Shown here piece after piece: positions 1 through 10,141 of a stretch of 64,000 bases of DNA. Made by a program: the position numbers and the translations under genes. The stretch is from positions 480,001-544,000 of the forward strand of contig CAWJGT010000034.1 in NCBI GenBank assembly GCA_963842525.1. The letters are read 5' to 3'. How positions within the stretch are numbered: position 1 is the stretch's first letter; the number at the start of each line of letters is the position of its first letter. Under the pieces are notes generated by a model. The model was not told the DNA's origin. It saw only the letters and a program-made list of their open reading frames with translations, and did no database searches. This stretch comes from an uncultured Holophagales bacterium. GTDB lineage: Bacteria > Acidobacteriota > Thermoanaerobaculia > Multivoradales > UBA5704.

Positions 1-1881
1 GGCCTGCACGTCATCGACGTGACCGACCCGGCGGCTCCTTTTCAGGTCCAGTACATCGACATGTCGGGCGGCGTCAGCCCGCCGAAAGGCCGCATCTGGC
101 GCGACGTCGACATCCACCGGGATCCGGCTTCCGGAAAAACCTATGCGTACGTCGGCGCGCAGGGGAACGGCAACTTCTGGGTCGTGGACCTCTCGTATCT
201 GTCCGATTCCGCGCCGCAAGGCGTCAATTCCAACCCGATCCCGCCGGCGGGCATCGCCGACCGGGGCCGCACGAACTACGGCCACACCGTTTTCATCAAT
301 GAAGACCTGGGCCTGCTGTTCTTGAACACCGCCAACAACGCGTCGACGCTCGGCTGCCAGATCTTCGACCTGCTGCAGGACCCGTTCAATCCGCCGCTCC
401 TCCCGAGCTGGACGGGCAGCGGGCGCGACTGCCATGACAGCTTCTCCCGGTCGAACGTCCCGGGGTCGGGCGGCAAGGACCTGCTCTATTCGGCGGAGGG
501 GTACGCGACCCGCTACCGGATCGTCGACATCACCAACGTCCGTACCGGCGGGACGCCCACGCTGGTGGGGGAGTCGCCCACCGTGTCCGGCATCTACGCC
601 CACAGCAACTGGCTGGACGACGACTCGCACTACCTCTACGCGTTCGAGGAATTCAACGTCCGCGACATCGGCGTCTACGACGTCTCGAACCCGGCGAGCC
701 CGGCGCAGGTGGCGACCTTCCAGTACTCGGGCGATGCCACGGCCAACTCCCGCATCCACAACGGCCAGGTGCGGGGGAAATATCTGATCACCGCCTACTA
801 CGAGGCGGGCCTGCGGGTGTTCGACATTTCGAACCCGGCCAACCCGGTGGAGGTCGGCAAGTACGAGAGCTGGCGCGACCCCGACGGCGACGGCACGTTC
901 AACAAGACGATCACCGGCAACTACAACGGCGCCTGGAACGTCCATGTGTTCCTCCCCTCCGGCAACGTCCTCCTGTCCGACATGAAGTCGGGCACGTTCA
1001 TCTTCCGGGTCGACCCGGTCGCGTCGCCGGGCGCGTCCAGCGGGCTTGCCGCCACGCCGGGCAATGGGCAAGTGAGCCTCACCTGGGCGGCCGCGACCGG
1101 CGCCACCGGCTACGGCGTCCACCGCGGCACGGCGAGCGGCGGACCCTACACGACCGTCAAGAGCAACATCGTGGGCACGGGCTACACCGACACAGGCCTG
1201 ACCAACGGCACGACCTACTATTACGTCGTGACCGCGACCAACGCCGAAGGCGAGGGCGCGAGCTCGAACCAGGCCTCGGCCACGCCGCAAGCTTCGATCA
1301 CGCCGGTCACCGTCACCTTCACGTCCGTCGCCGCGCAGGACGGCTGGGTGCTGGAGTCGAGCGAGACGTCCAATGCCGGCGGCTCGCTCAGCGCGACCGC
1401 CACCTCCACCAGCGCTCTGCGGGTGGGCGACAACAATCAGGACCGGCAATACAAATCTGTCGTCGCGTTCGACACCTCGTCGATCCCCGACGGCGCCACG
1501 ATCGTGTCGGTGACCCTGCGCCTGCTCCGCGGCACGCTCTCCGGCACCAACCCCTTCACCACCCACGGCACCTGCTGGGTGGACGTCCAGGCCGGCAGCG
1601 GCCTTTCGGGATCGACGACGCTCCAGACCGGTGACTTCCAGGCCACGGCGACGGCCGTCCAGTCGGCGAGCCTCGGCAACGCCGCGTCGAACGGAACCTG
1701 GTCGGAAGGTAACCTCAACGGCGCGGGCCTCGCGGCGCTCAACAAGACGGGGACGACGCAGCTCCGCGTCTACTTCAACCTCGACGACAACGACGACACG
1801 GGCAACGACTACCTCGGCTACTACTCCGGCGACAACGCGACCTCGGCCAACCGGCCGCAGCTCGTGGTGACCTACCAGTAG
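1..1881 (+). CDS. LVIVD-repeat / choice-of-anchor-B-like secreted protein with FN3 and a C-terminal beta domain; 5' end lies outside the window
   Basis: The frame is open from base 1 (GLHVIDVTDP). It has repeated (L/I)xVxD(V/I)SNP motifs, HNxxV and AYYxxG motifs, an FN3 signature (LTW...YTDTGLTNGTTYYYVVTA) and a C-terminal [10 protein letters not shown]. Confidence 0.75.
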   Translation, partial: GLHVIDVTDPAAPFQVQYIDMSGGVSPPKGRIWRDVDIHRDPASGKTYAYVGAQGNGNFWVVDLSYLSDSAPQGVNSNPIPPAGIADRGRTNYGHTVFINEDLGLLFLNTANNASTLGCQIFDLLQDPFNPPLLPSWTGSGRDCHDSFSRSNVPGSGGKDLLYSAEGYATRYRIVDITNVRTGGTPTLVGESPTVSGIYAHSNWLDDDSHYLYAFEEFNVRDIGVYDVSNPASPAQVATFQYSGDATANSRIHNGQVRGKYLITAYYEAGLRVFDISNPANPVEVGKYESWRDPDGDGTFNKTITGNYNGAWNVHVFLPSGNVLLSDMKSGTFIFRVDPVASPGASSGLAATPGNGQVSLTWAAATGATGYGVHRGTASGGPYTTVKSNIVGTGYTDTGLTNGTTYYYVVTATNAEGEGASSNQASATPQASITPVTVTFTSVAAQDGWVLESSETSNAGGSLSATATSTSALRVGDNNQDRQYKSVVAFDTSSIPDGATIVSVTLRLLRGTLSGTNPFTTHGTCWVDVQAGSGLSGSTTLQTGDFQATATAVQSASLGNAASNGTWSEGNLNGAGLAALNKTGTTQLRVYFNLDDNDDTGNDYLGYYSGDNATSANRPQLVVTYQ

Positions 1882-1971
1882 GAGAAGATCATGTTGAGAC
1901 ATCAGAGATCTCGCCATCGCCTGTCCCTGCCGCGGAGCCTCTAATCTAAACAACGAAAAGGAGACCGATCA

Positions 1972-2538
1972 ATGAGAGCCCATCTTATTTTCGCCTTCCC
2001 CCCAAACCGACGCCGGTTCCTCATGGCATGGACATTGGTGCTGGCCACGGCCGTGGTCTGGTGCGCGAGCCCCGCTTCAGCGCAGATCGACGCCTTGTGC
2101 AACGGGTCGGTCACGCTCAACTTCGACCCACCCGCGAGCCTCGTGCTTCCGCCGGCACCGGCGCCGTACTCCACCTCCACCGGCGGCGGCACGATCACCA
2201 ATTGCGTGGTCTTCGACGGAGGCCCCACGACAGGCACGTTCACCTACTCGCTCGAGGGCAATTTGACGTGCACGTCAGCGGAGAACGTCTTCGGCACGGT
2301 GGACATCACGTGGGCGGACAACACCGTGAGCTATGCCGAGATTACGACCTTGGTGCTCAATCTCGGCAGCGTCGGCGGTGCTGCCGGGCTCACCGCCACC
2401 GTCACCAGCGGACGTTTCGCCGGTGAACAGCTTCAGATCGTCAACGTGCGCGATCCCCTGGCCTTGATCCGCTGCGTGCTGACCGGCCTGTCGCAGGCGA
2501 AAGGGACCACGAGCCTCATCTTCACGCAACCTCTTTGA
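1972..2538 (+). CDS. Secreted hypothetical protein (Cys-containing, beta-rich)
   Basis: RBS AAGGAG upstream; signal-peptide-like hydrophobic stretch ending ASA-Q. Confidence 0.7.
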   Translation: MRAHLIFAFPPNRRRFLMAWTLVLATAVVWCASPASAQIDALCNGSVTLNFDPPASLVLPPAPAPYSTSTGGGTITNCVVFDGGPTTGTFTYSLEGNLTCTSAENVFGTVDITWADNTVSYAEITTLVLNLGSVGGAAGLTATVTSGRFAGEQLQIVNVRDPLALIRCVLTGLSQAKGTTSLIFTQPL

Positions 2539-2551
2539 GAGAAGGGCCATA

Positions 2552-4684
2552 GTGAGAAACCAGCGATCCCATCATCACCCGTCCCTGTCAGGGCTGGCGC
2601 TCGCGCTGCTGCTCGGGCTCAGCCTGGCGGCTCCCGCCGTCGCACAGCCCATCAAAGAGACCGGCACGTACAAGATCTCGAACGTGTTCAACGCCCGCGC
2701 TCGTTCCGCCATCGCCGCCACCGGCGCGGACATTTTCGAAGTCGGTCACGACTACGTTCTCATCGAAGCGACGGGCCGCGAAGCCAGGGCCTTGAAGCGG
2801 CTGGGCCTGCAGCTCGTGCGGTTCAGAACGCAGGACGATTTTCTCAAGGCATTTCCGGCGGCCGACTCGGCCTATCACGACTACGCCGAAATGGTGGCCG
2901 AGCTCCAGCAGGCCGCGTTCGATCACCCGGCGATCTTTTCACTTTTCTCCATGGGCTTGTCGCATGAGGGGCGCACGGTCTGGGCCGGCAAGATCTCCGA
3001 CAACGTGGGCACCGACGAGGACGAGCCGGAGGTGCTCTTCACGCATCATCAACATGCCCGCGAGCATCTGACCGTCGAGATGGCTCTCTACACCCTGAAG
3101 ATGCTGACCGACGAATACGGAACCGATCCCCAGATCACCAACCTGGTGGATGGCCGCGAGATCTGGATCGTCTTTGACATGAACCCGGACGGCGGCGAGT
3201 ACGACATTGCGACCGGCACCTACCGTTCCTGGCGCAAGAACCGCCAGCCCAACGCCGGCTCCAGCGCCATCGGCACTGACTTGAACCGCAACTGGGGCTA
3301 CAAGTGGGGGTGCTGCGGCGGCAGCAGCGGTTCGACGAGCAGCTCGACCTACCGGGGACCGGCGGCCTTCTCGGCTCCCGAGACGGCGGTGGTGCGGGAC
3401 TTCGTCGACAGCCGCGTGGTCGGCGGCACGCAGCAGATCACGGCTTACATCGACTTTCATGCCCACGCCGAGCTGGTCCTCTGGCCCTACGGCTATACCT
3501 TCACTGATGTGCCGGCCGATATGACCCAGGACGACCACGACGCGTTCGTGGCCATGGGCCTGGCCATGGCGGCCACCAACGGCTACACGCCGGAGCAGGC
3601 GAGCGACCTCTACATCACCGACGGCACGAGCATGGACTGGCTCTACGGCGTTCATCGCATCTTCGCCTTCGCTTTCGAGATGTACCCGGTGACGTCCGGG
3701 CAGGGCGGCTTCTATCCCCCGGACGAGGTGATCCCGGCCCAGACCTCCCGCAACCGCGCAGCGGTCCTCTACCTGCTCGAGCAGGCCGCCTGCCCGTATG
3801 CCGTGATCGGCAAGCAGGTCCAGTACTGCCAGGCGCCGCCGGGCGCGCCGGGATCGCTCTCGGCCACGCCGGGCAACGGGCAGATCAGCCTCACCTGGAC
3901 GGCCGCGAGCGGCGCGACCGGTTACCGCGTCCACCGCGGCACGGCGAGCGGCGGGCCCTACACGACCATCCAAAGCAACCTCACCACCACCAGCTTTACC
4001 AACACCGGCCTGACCAACGGGACGGCTTACTACTACGTGGTGACCGCGACCAACGGAGTGGGCGAGGGCCCGAATTCGAACGAAGCATCGGCCACGCCGG
4101 CGGTTCCGCCGACCGTCGTGACCCTCACCTCGACCGCCGCCCAGGACGGCTGGGTGCTGGAGTCGACCGAAACCTCCAACGCCGGCGGCTCCATCGACGG
4201 CACCGCCGCCACCACCAGCGCTCTACGGGTGGGCGACGCCACCAGCGACCGCCAGTACAAATCCGTGGTCTCCTTCGACACCTCGCCGATCCCCGACGGC
4301 GCCACGATCCTCTCGGCGACCCTGCGCCTGCGCCGCGGCACGTCAAGCGGTAGTAACCCCTTCACCACTCACGGCACCTGCCAGGCCGACGTCCAGACCG
4401 GCGGCTTCTCCGGCTCGACGACGCTCCAGACGGGCGACTTCCAGGCCACGGCGACCGCCGTCCAGGCGGCAAGCCTGAGCAACGCCCCCTCGAACGGGTC
4501 CTGGTCGGAAGGCAGCCTGAACGCCGCGGGTCTGGCAGCGATCAACAAGACGGGGACGACACAGCTCCGCGTCTACTTCAGCCTCGACGACAACGACGAT
4601 GGGGGCAACAACTACATCGGCTACTACTCCGGCGACAACACGATCGCGGCGAACCGGCCGCAGCTCGTGGTGACATACCAGTAA
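2552..4684 (+). CDS. M14 zinc carboxypeptidase (carboxypeptidase T-like) with FN3 and a C-terminal beta domain
   Basis: Signal peptide, HARE zinc motif, WRKNR, DLNRNW, DFH, LWPYGY and FEMYP motifs; C-terminal region paralogous to that of the first ORF. Confidence 0.9.
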   Translation: MRNQRSHHHPSLSGLALALLLGLSLAAPAVAQPIKETGTYKISNVFNARARSAIAATGADIFEVGHDYVLIEATGREARALKRLGLQLVRFRTQDDFLKAFPAADSAYHDYAEMVAELQQAAFDHPAIFSLFSMGLSHEGRTVWAGKISDNVGTDEDEPEVLFTHHQHAREHLTVEMALYTLKMLTDEYGTDPQITNLVDGREIWIVFDMNPDGGEYDIATGTYRSWRKNRQPNAGSSAIGTDLNRNWGYKWGCCGGSSGSTSSSTYRGPAAFSAPETAVVRDFVDSRVVGGTQQITAYIDFHAHAELVLWPYGYTFTDVPADMTQDDHDAFVAMGLAMAATNGYTPEQASDLYITDGTSMDWLYGVHRIFAFAFEMYPVTSGQGGFYPPDEVIPAQTSRNRAAVLYLLEQAACPYAVIGKQVQYCQAPPGAPGSLSATPGNGQISLTWTAASGATGYRVHRGTASGGPYTTIQSNLTTTSFTNTGLTNGTAYYYVVTATNGVGEGPNSNEASATPAVPPTVVTLTSTAAQDGWVLESTETSNAGGSIDGTAATTSALRVGDATSDRQYKSVVSFDTSPIPDGATILSATLRLRRGTSSGSNPFTTHGTCQADVQTGGFSGSTTLQTGDFQATATAVQAASLSNAPSNGSWSEGSLNAAGLAAINKTGTTQLRVYFSLDDNDDGGNNYIGYYSGDNTIAANRPQLVVTYQ

Positions 4685-4767
4685 CAATCTGCCTTGCGTT
4701 GTGGCGGAGAGCTTCATAGATGGTTTAGAATGCTTGGTGTTGCGAACGACTGAAAGGAGAGAGTGTC

Positions 4768-5421
4768 ATGTGGAAGCTTCGCACTGTACTGGTAGTACTG
4801 GCCCTCGCTGTAGCAGCCCGCGCCAACGCGGTAGTGATCTCGATCGACGATGCCCGCGATGAGCCTCTGGGCACCGTGGTCACCGTCGAAGGCGCGGTGA
4901 CGGCCCCCTCGGGGGCCTTCGCGACGTCCACCTTCGACCAGGGTTTCGGGATCCAGGACAACACGGCCGGGATCTATGTGAGCACTGCCGACAATCCGAT
5001 CCTCGACCTGTTCGAGAAGGTGCGGGTGACCGGCGTGTTGGCAGACGACGGCTTCGGCCAGCTCGTCCTGCGTCCGGCCTCGCTGGCCGGCGTCCAGAAG
5101 CGCCCGGGGCTGAAGCATGTAGCACCCGACGCGGTCGCGACCGGTGACATCGGCGAGGACACGGAAGGATCCCTGATGGAGATCACCGGCACGGTCACGC
5201 AGATCATCAGCGACCTGGCCTTCGGTTACAAGGTCTTCGTGGATGACGGCTCCGGCGAGACGCAGATCTTCATCGCGGCCTCGACGGGGGTCAACCCGTA
5301 CAGGATCCCGTTCATCCAACTGGGCAATCGCATCACCGCCGTCGGCTTCAGCACCCAGTTCCAGACCCAGTACGAGATCCTGCCCCGCCACCGTCTCGAC
5401 ATCCGGCGCGCCCACCCGTAG
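4768..5421 (+). CDS. Secreted tandem OB-fold protein
   Basis: Signal peptide; two repeats of the VTVEGxVT...IQDxTAGIYV / ITGTVT...VDDGSGETQIF pattern; RBS AAGGAG. Confidence 0.7.
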   Translation: MWKLRTVLVVLALAVAARANAVVISIDDARDEPLGTVVTVEGAVTAPSGAFATSTFDQGFGIQDNTAGIYVSTADNPILDLFEKVRVTGVLADDGFGQLVLRPASLAGVQKRPGLKHVAPDAVATGDIGEDTEGSLMEITGTVTQIISDLAFGYKVFVDDGSGETQIFIAASTGVNPYRIPFIQLGNRITAVGFSTQFQTQYEILPRHRLDIRRAHP

Positions 5422-5544
5422 AGGTCGCGAGCCGTCAAACCCAGGGGCGGGGGGAGTACCTGGCCCGCCGCCTTTCGTTTGAGCCCCGCCCCTCCCCGCG
5501 ATAGACTCCTCCCGGTTCCATCCTTCCGCCGCGAGGTACTCGAT

Positions 5545-7082
5545 ATGAAGATATCCCGTCCCTCATCCTCAAGCAGATGTACACGCTGGGCAGCCTGGAG
5601 AACGTCGAGGACGGCGTCCGTTTCAGCCTCAAGAACCGGCTGAGCAACGCCACCTTGACGCGCCTCAAGGAGGTCCAGATCGACGGCCGGCAGGTGCCCC
5701 TCGACCGGCTCTCCCTGGAGCTCAACGGCAACAGCATCGCCGCCACGGCGGTCAACGCCAACAATGCCGTGGCCTTCCCCCTGGCGCGCACGGTCCGCAT
5801 CCATGCACGAGGCGACCAGCTCGACAAGGGCCAGCACGAGATCGGCCTGGCCTTCGAGACCGAGCCGTTCGGCTCCCTTTCCTTCAAGGTCAAGGACGCC
5901 ATCGCCGAGAAGGTCCGGCGCACCTCGGTCCCGCACGACAAGGATGACGACTACACCCGGGAGATCATCAAGCAGCGCCAGAAGTTCGTCGAGGAGTACA
6001 CGGGGGTCAAGCTCCAGCATATCGACAAGTTCTCGTTCGACCCCGGGGTCACCAAGGGGAACATCGAGAACTTCACCGGCGTGGCCCAGGTCCCCATCGG
6101 CTTCGCCGGTCCGTTGAAGGTCAACGGCGAGCATGCCCAGGGCGAGTTCCTGGTCCCTCTCGCCACCGCCGAGGGCACCCTGGTCGCCTCCTACAACCGT
6201 GGCATGAAGGTGCTCAACCTGTCGGGCGGCGTCACCTGCACCGTGGTCGGCGACTCCATGCAGCGCGCCCCGGTTTTCGTCTTCGACAACGCCCGCCATG
6301 CCCGCGACTTCGTGGTCTGGGTCGACGAGAACATGGCCCAGATCCGCGAGGAGGCCGAGGGCACCTCCAGTGTGGCAAAGCTCACCTACATCGACCGGTA
6401 TCTGTCGAACAAGCTGGTCTTCCTGCGCTTCAACTACACGACCGGCGATGCCGCCGGCCAGAACATGGTGGGGCGCGCCACCTTCGCGGCCTGTTCCTGG
6501 ATCCTGGAGAACGCGGAAAACATCGAGCACTTCTATCTGGAGTCGAACTTCGCCACGGACAAGAAGTCGTCGCAGATCAACGTCATGCGCACCCGCGGCA
6601 AGCGCGTCACGGCCGAGGCGACCATCCCGCGCGACGTCCTCATCCAGAACATGCGGGTCGACCCCGAGACGGTCAATTACCATGCCGGCATCGCCAACGT
6701 CGGGGCCTTCATCTCCGGCGCCAACAACAACGGCTGCCACTCGCCCAACGGCATCACGGCCATGTTCATCGCCACCGGGCAGGACGTGGCCAATGTCGCG
6801 GAGTCTTCGGCGGGCATCGTCTACACGGAGGTGACGCCGGAGAAGGACCTCTACATCTCCATCACGATCCCGTCGCTCATCGTGGCGACCCATGGTGGCG
6901 GCACGGGCCTGGCCACGCAGCGCGAGTGCCTGGAGATCCTCGGCTGTGTCGGCAAGGGAAAGGTGAAGAAATTCGCCGAGATCGTGGCCGGCGTGGTGCT
7001 CGCGGGCGAGATCTCGCTGGCGGCGGCCATCTCCTCGCTCGACTGGGTGTCCAGCCACGAGCAGTACGGGCGGAATCGGTAG
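5545..7082 (+). CDS. Hydroxymethylglutaryl-CoA reductase (class I-like) with N-terminal extension
   Basis: IENFTG, ATAEGTLVAS, TGDAAGQNM and HGGGT motifs. The RBS-linked ATG at 5545 is out of frame with the 5577 ORF by a 2-nt insertion; removing it restores MKIPSLILKQMY. Confidence 0.85.
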
Positions 7083-7162
7083 GCCCCTCCCCCCCGGCCC
7101 CCTCTCCCGGTCGGTTGCGACGTGGCCACAATGGTTGGTCCACCATGGCCAAACCGCCACCC

Positions 7163-7269
7163 GTAGGGGCAACCCTTGTGGTTGCCCTGCACCGCCTGCC
7201 CTGCGGTGGGAAAAGGCGCTGCGGCCGCCACGTGGCAAGACCGCGGGCAACCACAAGGGTTGCCCCTAC
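7163..7269. repeat. GTAG-type REP doublet (REPIN-like inverted pair)
   Basis: GTAGGGGCAACCCTTGTGGTTGCCC at 7163 and its exact reverse complement ending at 7269, in an intergenic position. Confidence 0.8.
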
Positions 7270-7341
7270 AGGAGGGGATCAGGTGCACCCCACCCCCTGC
7301 CTGGCATACCCGGGAAGCCGGCAGGAGATACACTCTCGGTC

Positions 7342-9108
7342 ATGGCCGAGCCTCGCACCGTGGAGCCCGAGGTCGCCCCACCTCCCTCCCTGGATGAGAC
7401 TATCGCTCATCCTCCCCCTCCTGCTCCAATGCCAGCCTCCTCCGGCCCCATCCCCGGTTTCGAGATGCTGCCGGACGTGGCGCCTCACGGGCTCGTCCGG
7501 CGCCTGATCACGACCTTCCGGCACCTGTTCGGCCTGGCGTTCGGTGCCCTGGCGGCGCGCGTCCGCGAACGGAACGCCGCGGAGGCCCGCCAGCGGAAGC
7601 GGGGGCTCCGTCTCTTCTTCGCCTTCGAACGCCTCCTCGCCTGGGTCGTGCGGCCGTTCCTCGACAAGTCGATCGTGGACCGCCCGTTCCCGGTCCAGCT
7701 CCGGCGACGGCTCGAGATCCTGGGCCCGACGTACATCAAGCTCGGCCAGGTCCTGGCCCTGCGCCAGGACATCCTGCCGGAGTCGGTCACCGAGGAGCTC
7801 AAGAACCTGCTCGACCGGCTGCCGGTCGTCCCCTTCGACCGCTATCTCGGGCTCATCGAGGCCGATCTGGAACGGCCCGCCGGCGAGATGTATTCATGGA
7901 TCGACCCCATTCCCACCGGCTCGGCCTCGATCGCGCAGATCCACCGGGCCACCACCCGCGAGGGAGATTCGGTGATCCTCAAGGTGGTCAAGCCGGGGAT
8001 CAAGGAGACCCTGCGGCGCGACGCCATCCTGCTGCGCATCCTCGGCTCGATGCTGCAGGTCATCCTGCCCCGCTACCGGCCGAAGCAGATGATCCGCGAG
8101 TTCGTGGAGTACACCTGGCGCGAGGTGGACCTGCGGCGCGAGGCCGACAACGCCGAGACCTTCACCGCCAACTTCCACGACCTGCCGGACGTTGTCTTTC
8201 CCCGCATCTACCGGAAGTACAGCGGCCACAGCGTCCTGACCATGGAGTTCCTGGCGGGCTACAAGCCGAGCGCTCCCGAAGCCCTGGCGCTCACCGACGC
8301 GGAGCGCGACCGCCTGGTCTATCTCGGCGCCGCGAGCATCATCCGGATGCTCTTCAAGGACGGCTTCTTCCACGCCGACCTGCATCCGGGCAACCTGCTG
8401 ATCCTGCCCGGACCGAAGCTGGGGTTCATCGACCTCGGTATGGTCGGCCGGTTCGACAGCAACCTGCGGCGGACCTTCCTCTACTACTACTACACGCTGG
8501 TCATGGGGGACGCCGAGGGCGCGGCCCGCTACCTGGCCGCGCTGTCCACGCCGGGTCCGGGCGCCGATCCGGCCGGGTTCCGCCGCGAGGTCACCGAGAT
8601 CCTGCAGCGCTGGCACCGGAGCAGCGCCGACTTCCGGGACTTCTCGCTGGCTCAGCTCATCCTGCGCTCGGTCAACCTCGGCGCCCAGCACCGGATGTAC
8701 TTCCCCGTCGAGATGGTCCTCATGGTGAAGGCCCTGGTGACCTTCGAGGGGGTAGGCCGCATCCTGAAGCCCGGCATGGACGTGGCCGTCGTTTCGCAGG
8801 AGCACGCCAGCGCCATCTTCAAGGACCAGTTCAACCCGCAGAACCTGTTCCGGCAGGTCCTCCGCGGCATGCCGGAGGTCCTCGAGGCCCTGGCCAAAGC
8901 GCCAAACCTGATCACCGAGGGGCTGCGCATGATCGAGTCGGCCACCCGGCGGCCGGAGAACCCGCTCGCCGGCCTGCGCGGCACGCTCTTCGGCGGCTTC
9001 TGCATGGTCGCCGGCGCGATCCTCGCCGGCGCCGGCGGTCCCTGGCCGGTCTGGGCCATCCTCTTCGCCGTCGGCATCGGCGCGGCGCTTCACCGGTCGG
9101 ACCGGTGA
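7342..9108 (+). CDS. ABC1/AarF/UbiB family atypical protein kinase
   Basis: LGPTYIKLGQ, SASIAQIHRA, KVVKP, FFHADLHPGN and DLGMVG motifs; C-terminal TM hairpin. Confidence 0.9.
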   Translation: MAEPRTVEPEVAPPPSLDETIAHPPPPAPMPASSGPIPGFEMLPDVAPHGLVRRLITTFRHLFGLAFGALAARVRERNAAEARQRKRGLRLFFAFERLLAWVVRPFLDKSIVDRPFPVQLRRRLEILGPTYIKLGQVLALRQDILPESVTEELKNLLDRLPVVPFDRYLGLIEADLERPAGEMYSWIDPIPTGSASIAQIHRATTREGDSVILKVVKPGIKETLRRDAILLRILGSMLQVILPRYRPKQMIREFVEYTWREVDLRREADNAETFTANFHDLPDVVFPRIYRKYSGHSVLTMEFLAGYKPSAPEALALTDAERDRLVYLGAASIIRMLFKDGFFHADLHPGNLLILPGPKLGFIDLGMVGRFDSNLRRTFLYYYYTLVMGDAEGAARYLAALSTPGPGADPAGFRREVTEILQRWHRSSADFRDFSLAQLILRSVNLGAQHRMYFPVEMVLMVKALVTFEGVGRILKPGMDVAVVSQEHASAIFKDQFNPQNLFRQVLRGMPEVLEALAKAPNLITEGLRMIESATRRPENPLAGLRGTLFGGFCMVAGAILAGAGGPWPVWAILFAVGIGAALHRSDR

Positions 9109-9305
9109 GGGTCCTCGGCGTCGTGGTCAAGATCGAGAGCGACCAAGCGCTCGTCGTGCCGAGCGATCAGCTCGGGCAGCTCCTCTGCAACCTGCTCCCG
9201 GACCTTGCGATACTTCGCGGCTTCCTCAGGGGAGAGCCGACGATTGAGGTTGATACGCCGAAGGGTCATCGTCTTCTCTACCGGCCGTTGTTCCTTTCTC
9301 GCCAT
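9090..9305 (-). CDS. Small hypothetical protein, possibly a truncated antitoxin/HTH N-terminus
   Basis: RRLSPEEAAKYRKVREQVAEELPELIARH resembles, from memory, leaders of XRE-type regulators; no HTH follows. Confidence 0.4.
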   Translation of the reverse strand: MARKEQRPVEKTMTLRRINLNRRLSPEEAAKYRKVREQVAEELPELIARHDERLVALDLDHDAEDPHRSDR

Positions 9306-9363
9306 GGCCTGGGCAGGATAGCCGAATCGCTCTCAGTCGTGTAGCGTTCCGGCTCGGCTAGAA

Positions 9364-10101
9364 TTGCAGGCAACGGAGAGCTTCGGCATGGAAGATACCC
9401 AGGCGACGACCTCGGCTTCGGCCCCTGTCGCACCCCCTTCCGAACCTGCGGTGGAGACCCACGCCTCAGCGTCCGCTCCGGCTCCGCCGCTCTGGGGCCA
9501 GGTGCTGCGCGTGGCTTGGCTCTCGATCGGCCTGGGGCTGCTCCTCGAGGTGATCCTCCTGGTCCTTGCCGCCTATGCGGACGCCGCGGGCGCCAGCCCG
9601 AAACCCTTTGTCGCCGACCTGGCGCACAATGTCTCCTGGGGATTCATCGTCTGCGTCGGGATCGCCTTCGGCTCCACCGCTGGCAAGGTGCGCGAAGCGG
9701 TCATGGGGATCCTCGGCCTGATCTCGGCGCCCGTCGGATTCGCCGTCGCCCGGGTCGTCCACAAGGGAATGGGCGCGGCGCTCGGCCTCGCCGGCCCCGC
9801 GGCGGCTGCCAGTTTCCCCTTCCTGATCGCCGGTCTCAAAGGCCTGGAGTACGGCCTCCTCGGCGCCGCCATCGGCTGGATGGGCCAGAAGGCCTGGGGC
9901 GGGCTCGGCGCCCATGTGGCGACCGGCGTCCTGATCGGACTGACCTTCGGTGCTGCGATCCTCTGGGTGATGGCCGCGGCCGTGCCGGGACCCGATCCCC
10001 TGGTGACCGTGCTGTCGCGCGGAGTCAACGAGCTGCTCTTCCCGGTCGGCTGCGCGCTCGTCCTCTATGCGTCCGGGGCCCTAGCGCGGCGCGTGCCCTG
10101 A
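9364..10101 (+). CDS. Integral membrane protein (about 6 TM)
   Basis: Multiple hydrophobic helices; the true start may be the ATG at 9388. Confidence 0.75.
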   Translation: MQATESFGMEDTQATTSASAPVAPPSEPAVETHASASAPAPPLWGQVLRVAWLSIGLGLLLEVILLVLAAYADAAGASPKPFVADLAHNVSWGFIVCVGIAFGSTAGKVREAVMGILGLISAPVGFAVARVVHKGMGAALGLAGPAAAASFPFLIAGLKGLEYGLLGAAIGWMGQKAWGGLGAHVATGVLIGLTFGAAILWVMAAAVPGPDPLVTVLSRGVNELLFPVGCALVLYASGALARRVP

Positions 10102-10141
10102 GGCCGGCTTCTCCTCATGGGTCTAAAAGGAGGAGGGATGC

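Noticed and set aside
9516-10141. N-terminal ~210 aa of the 1189-aa ORF
   Set aside because: It is an off-frame overlap of the membrane-protein gene; the real start is 10142.
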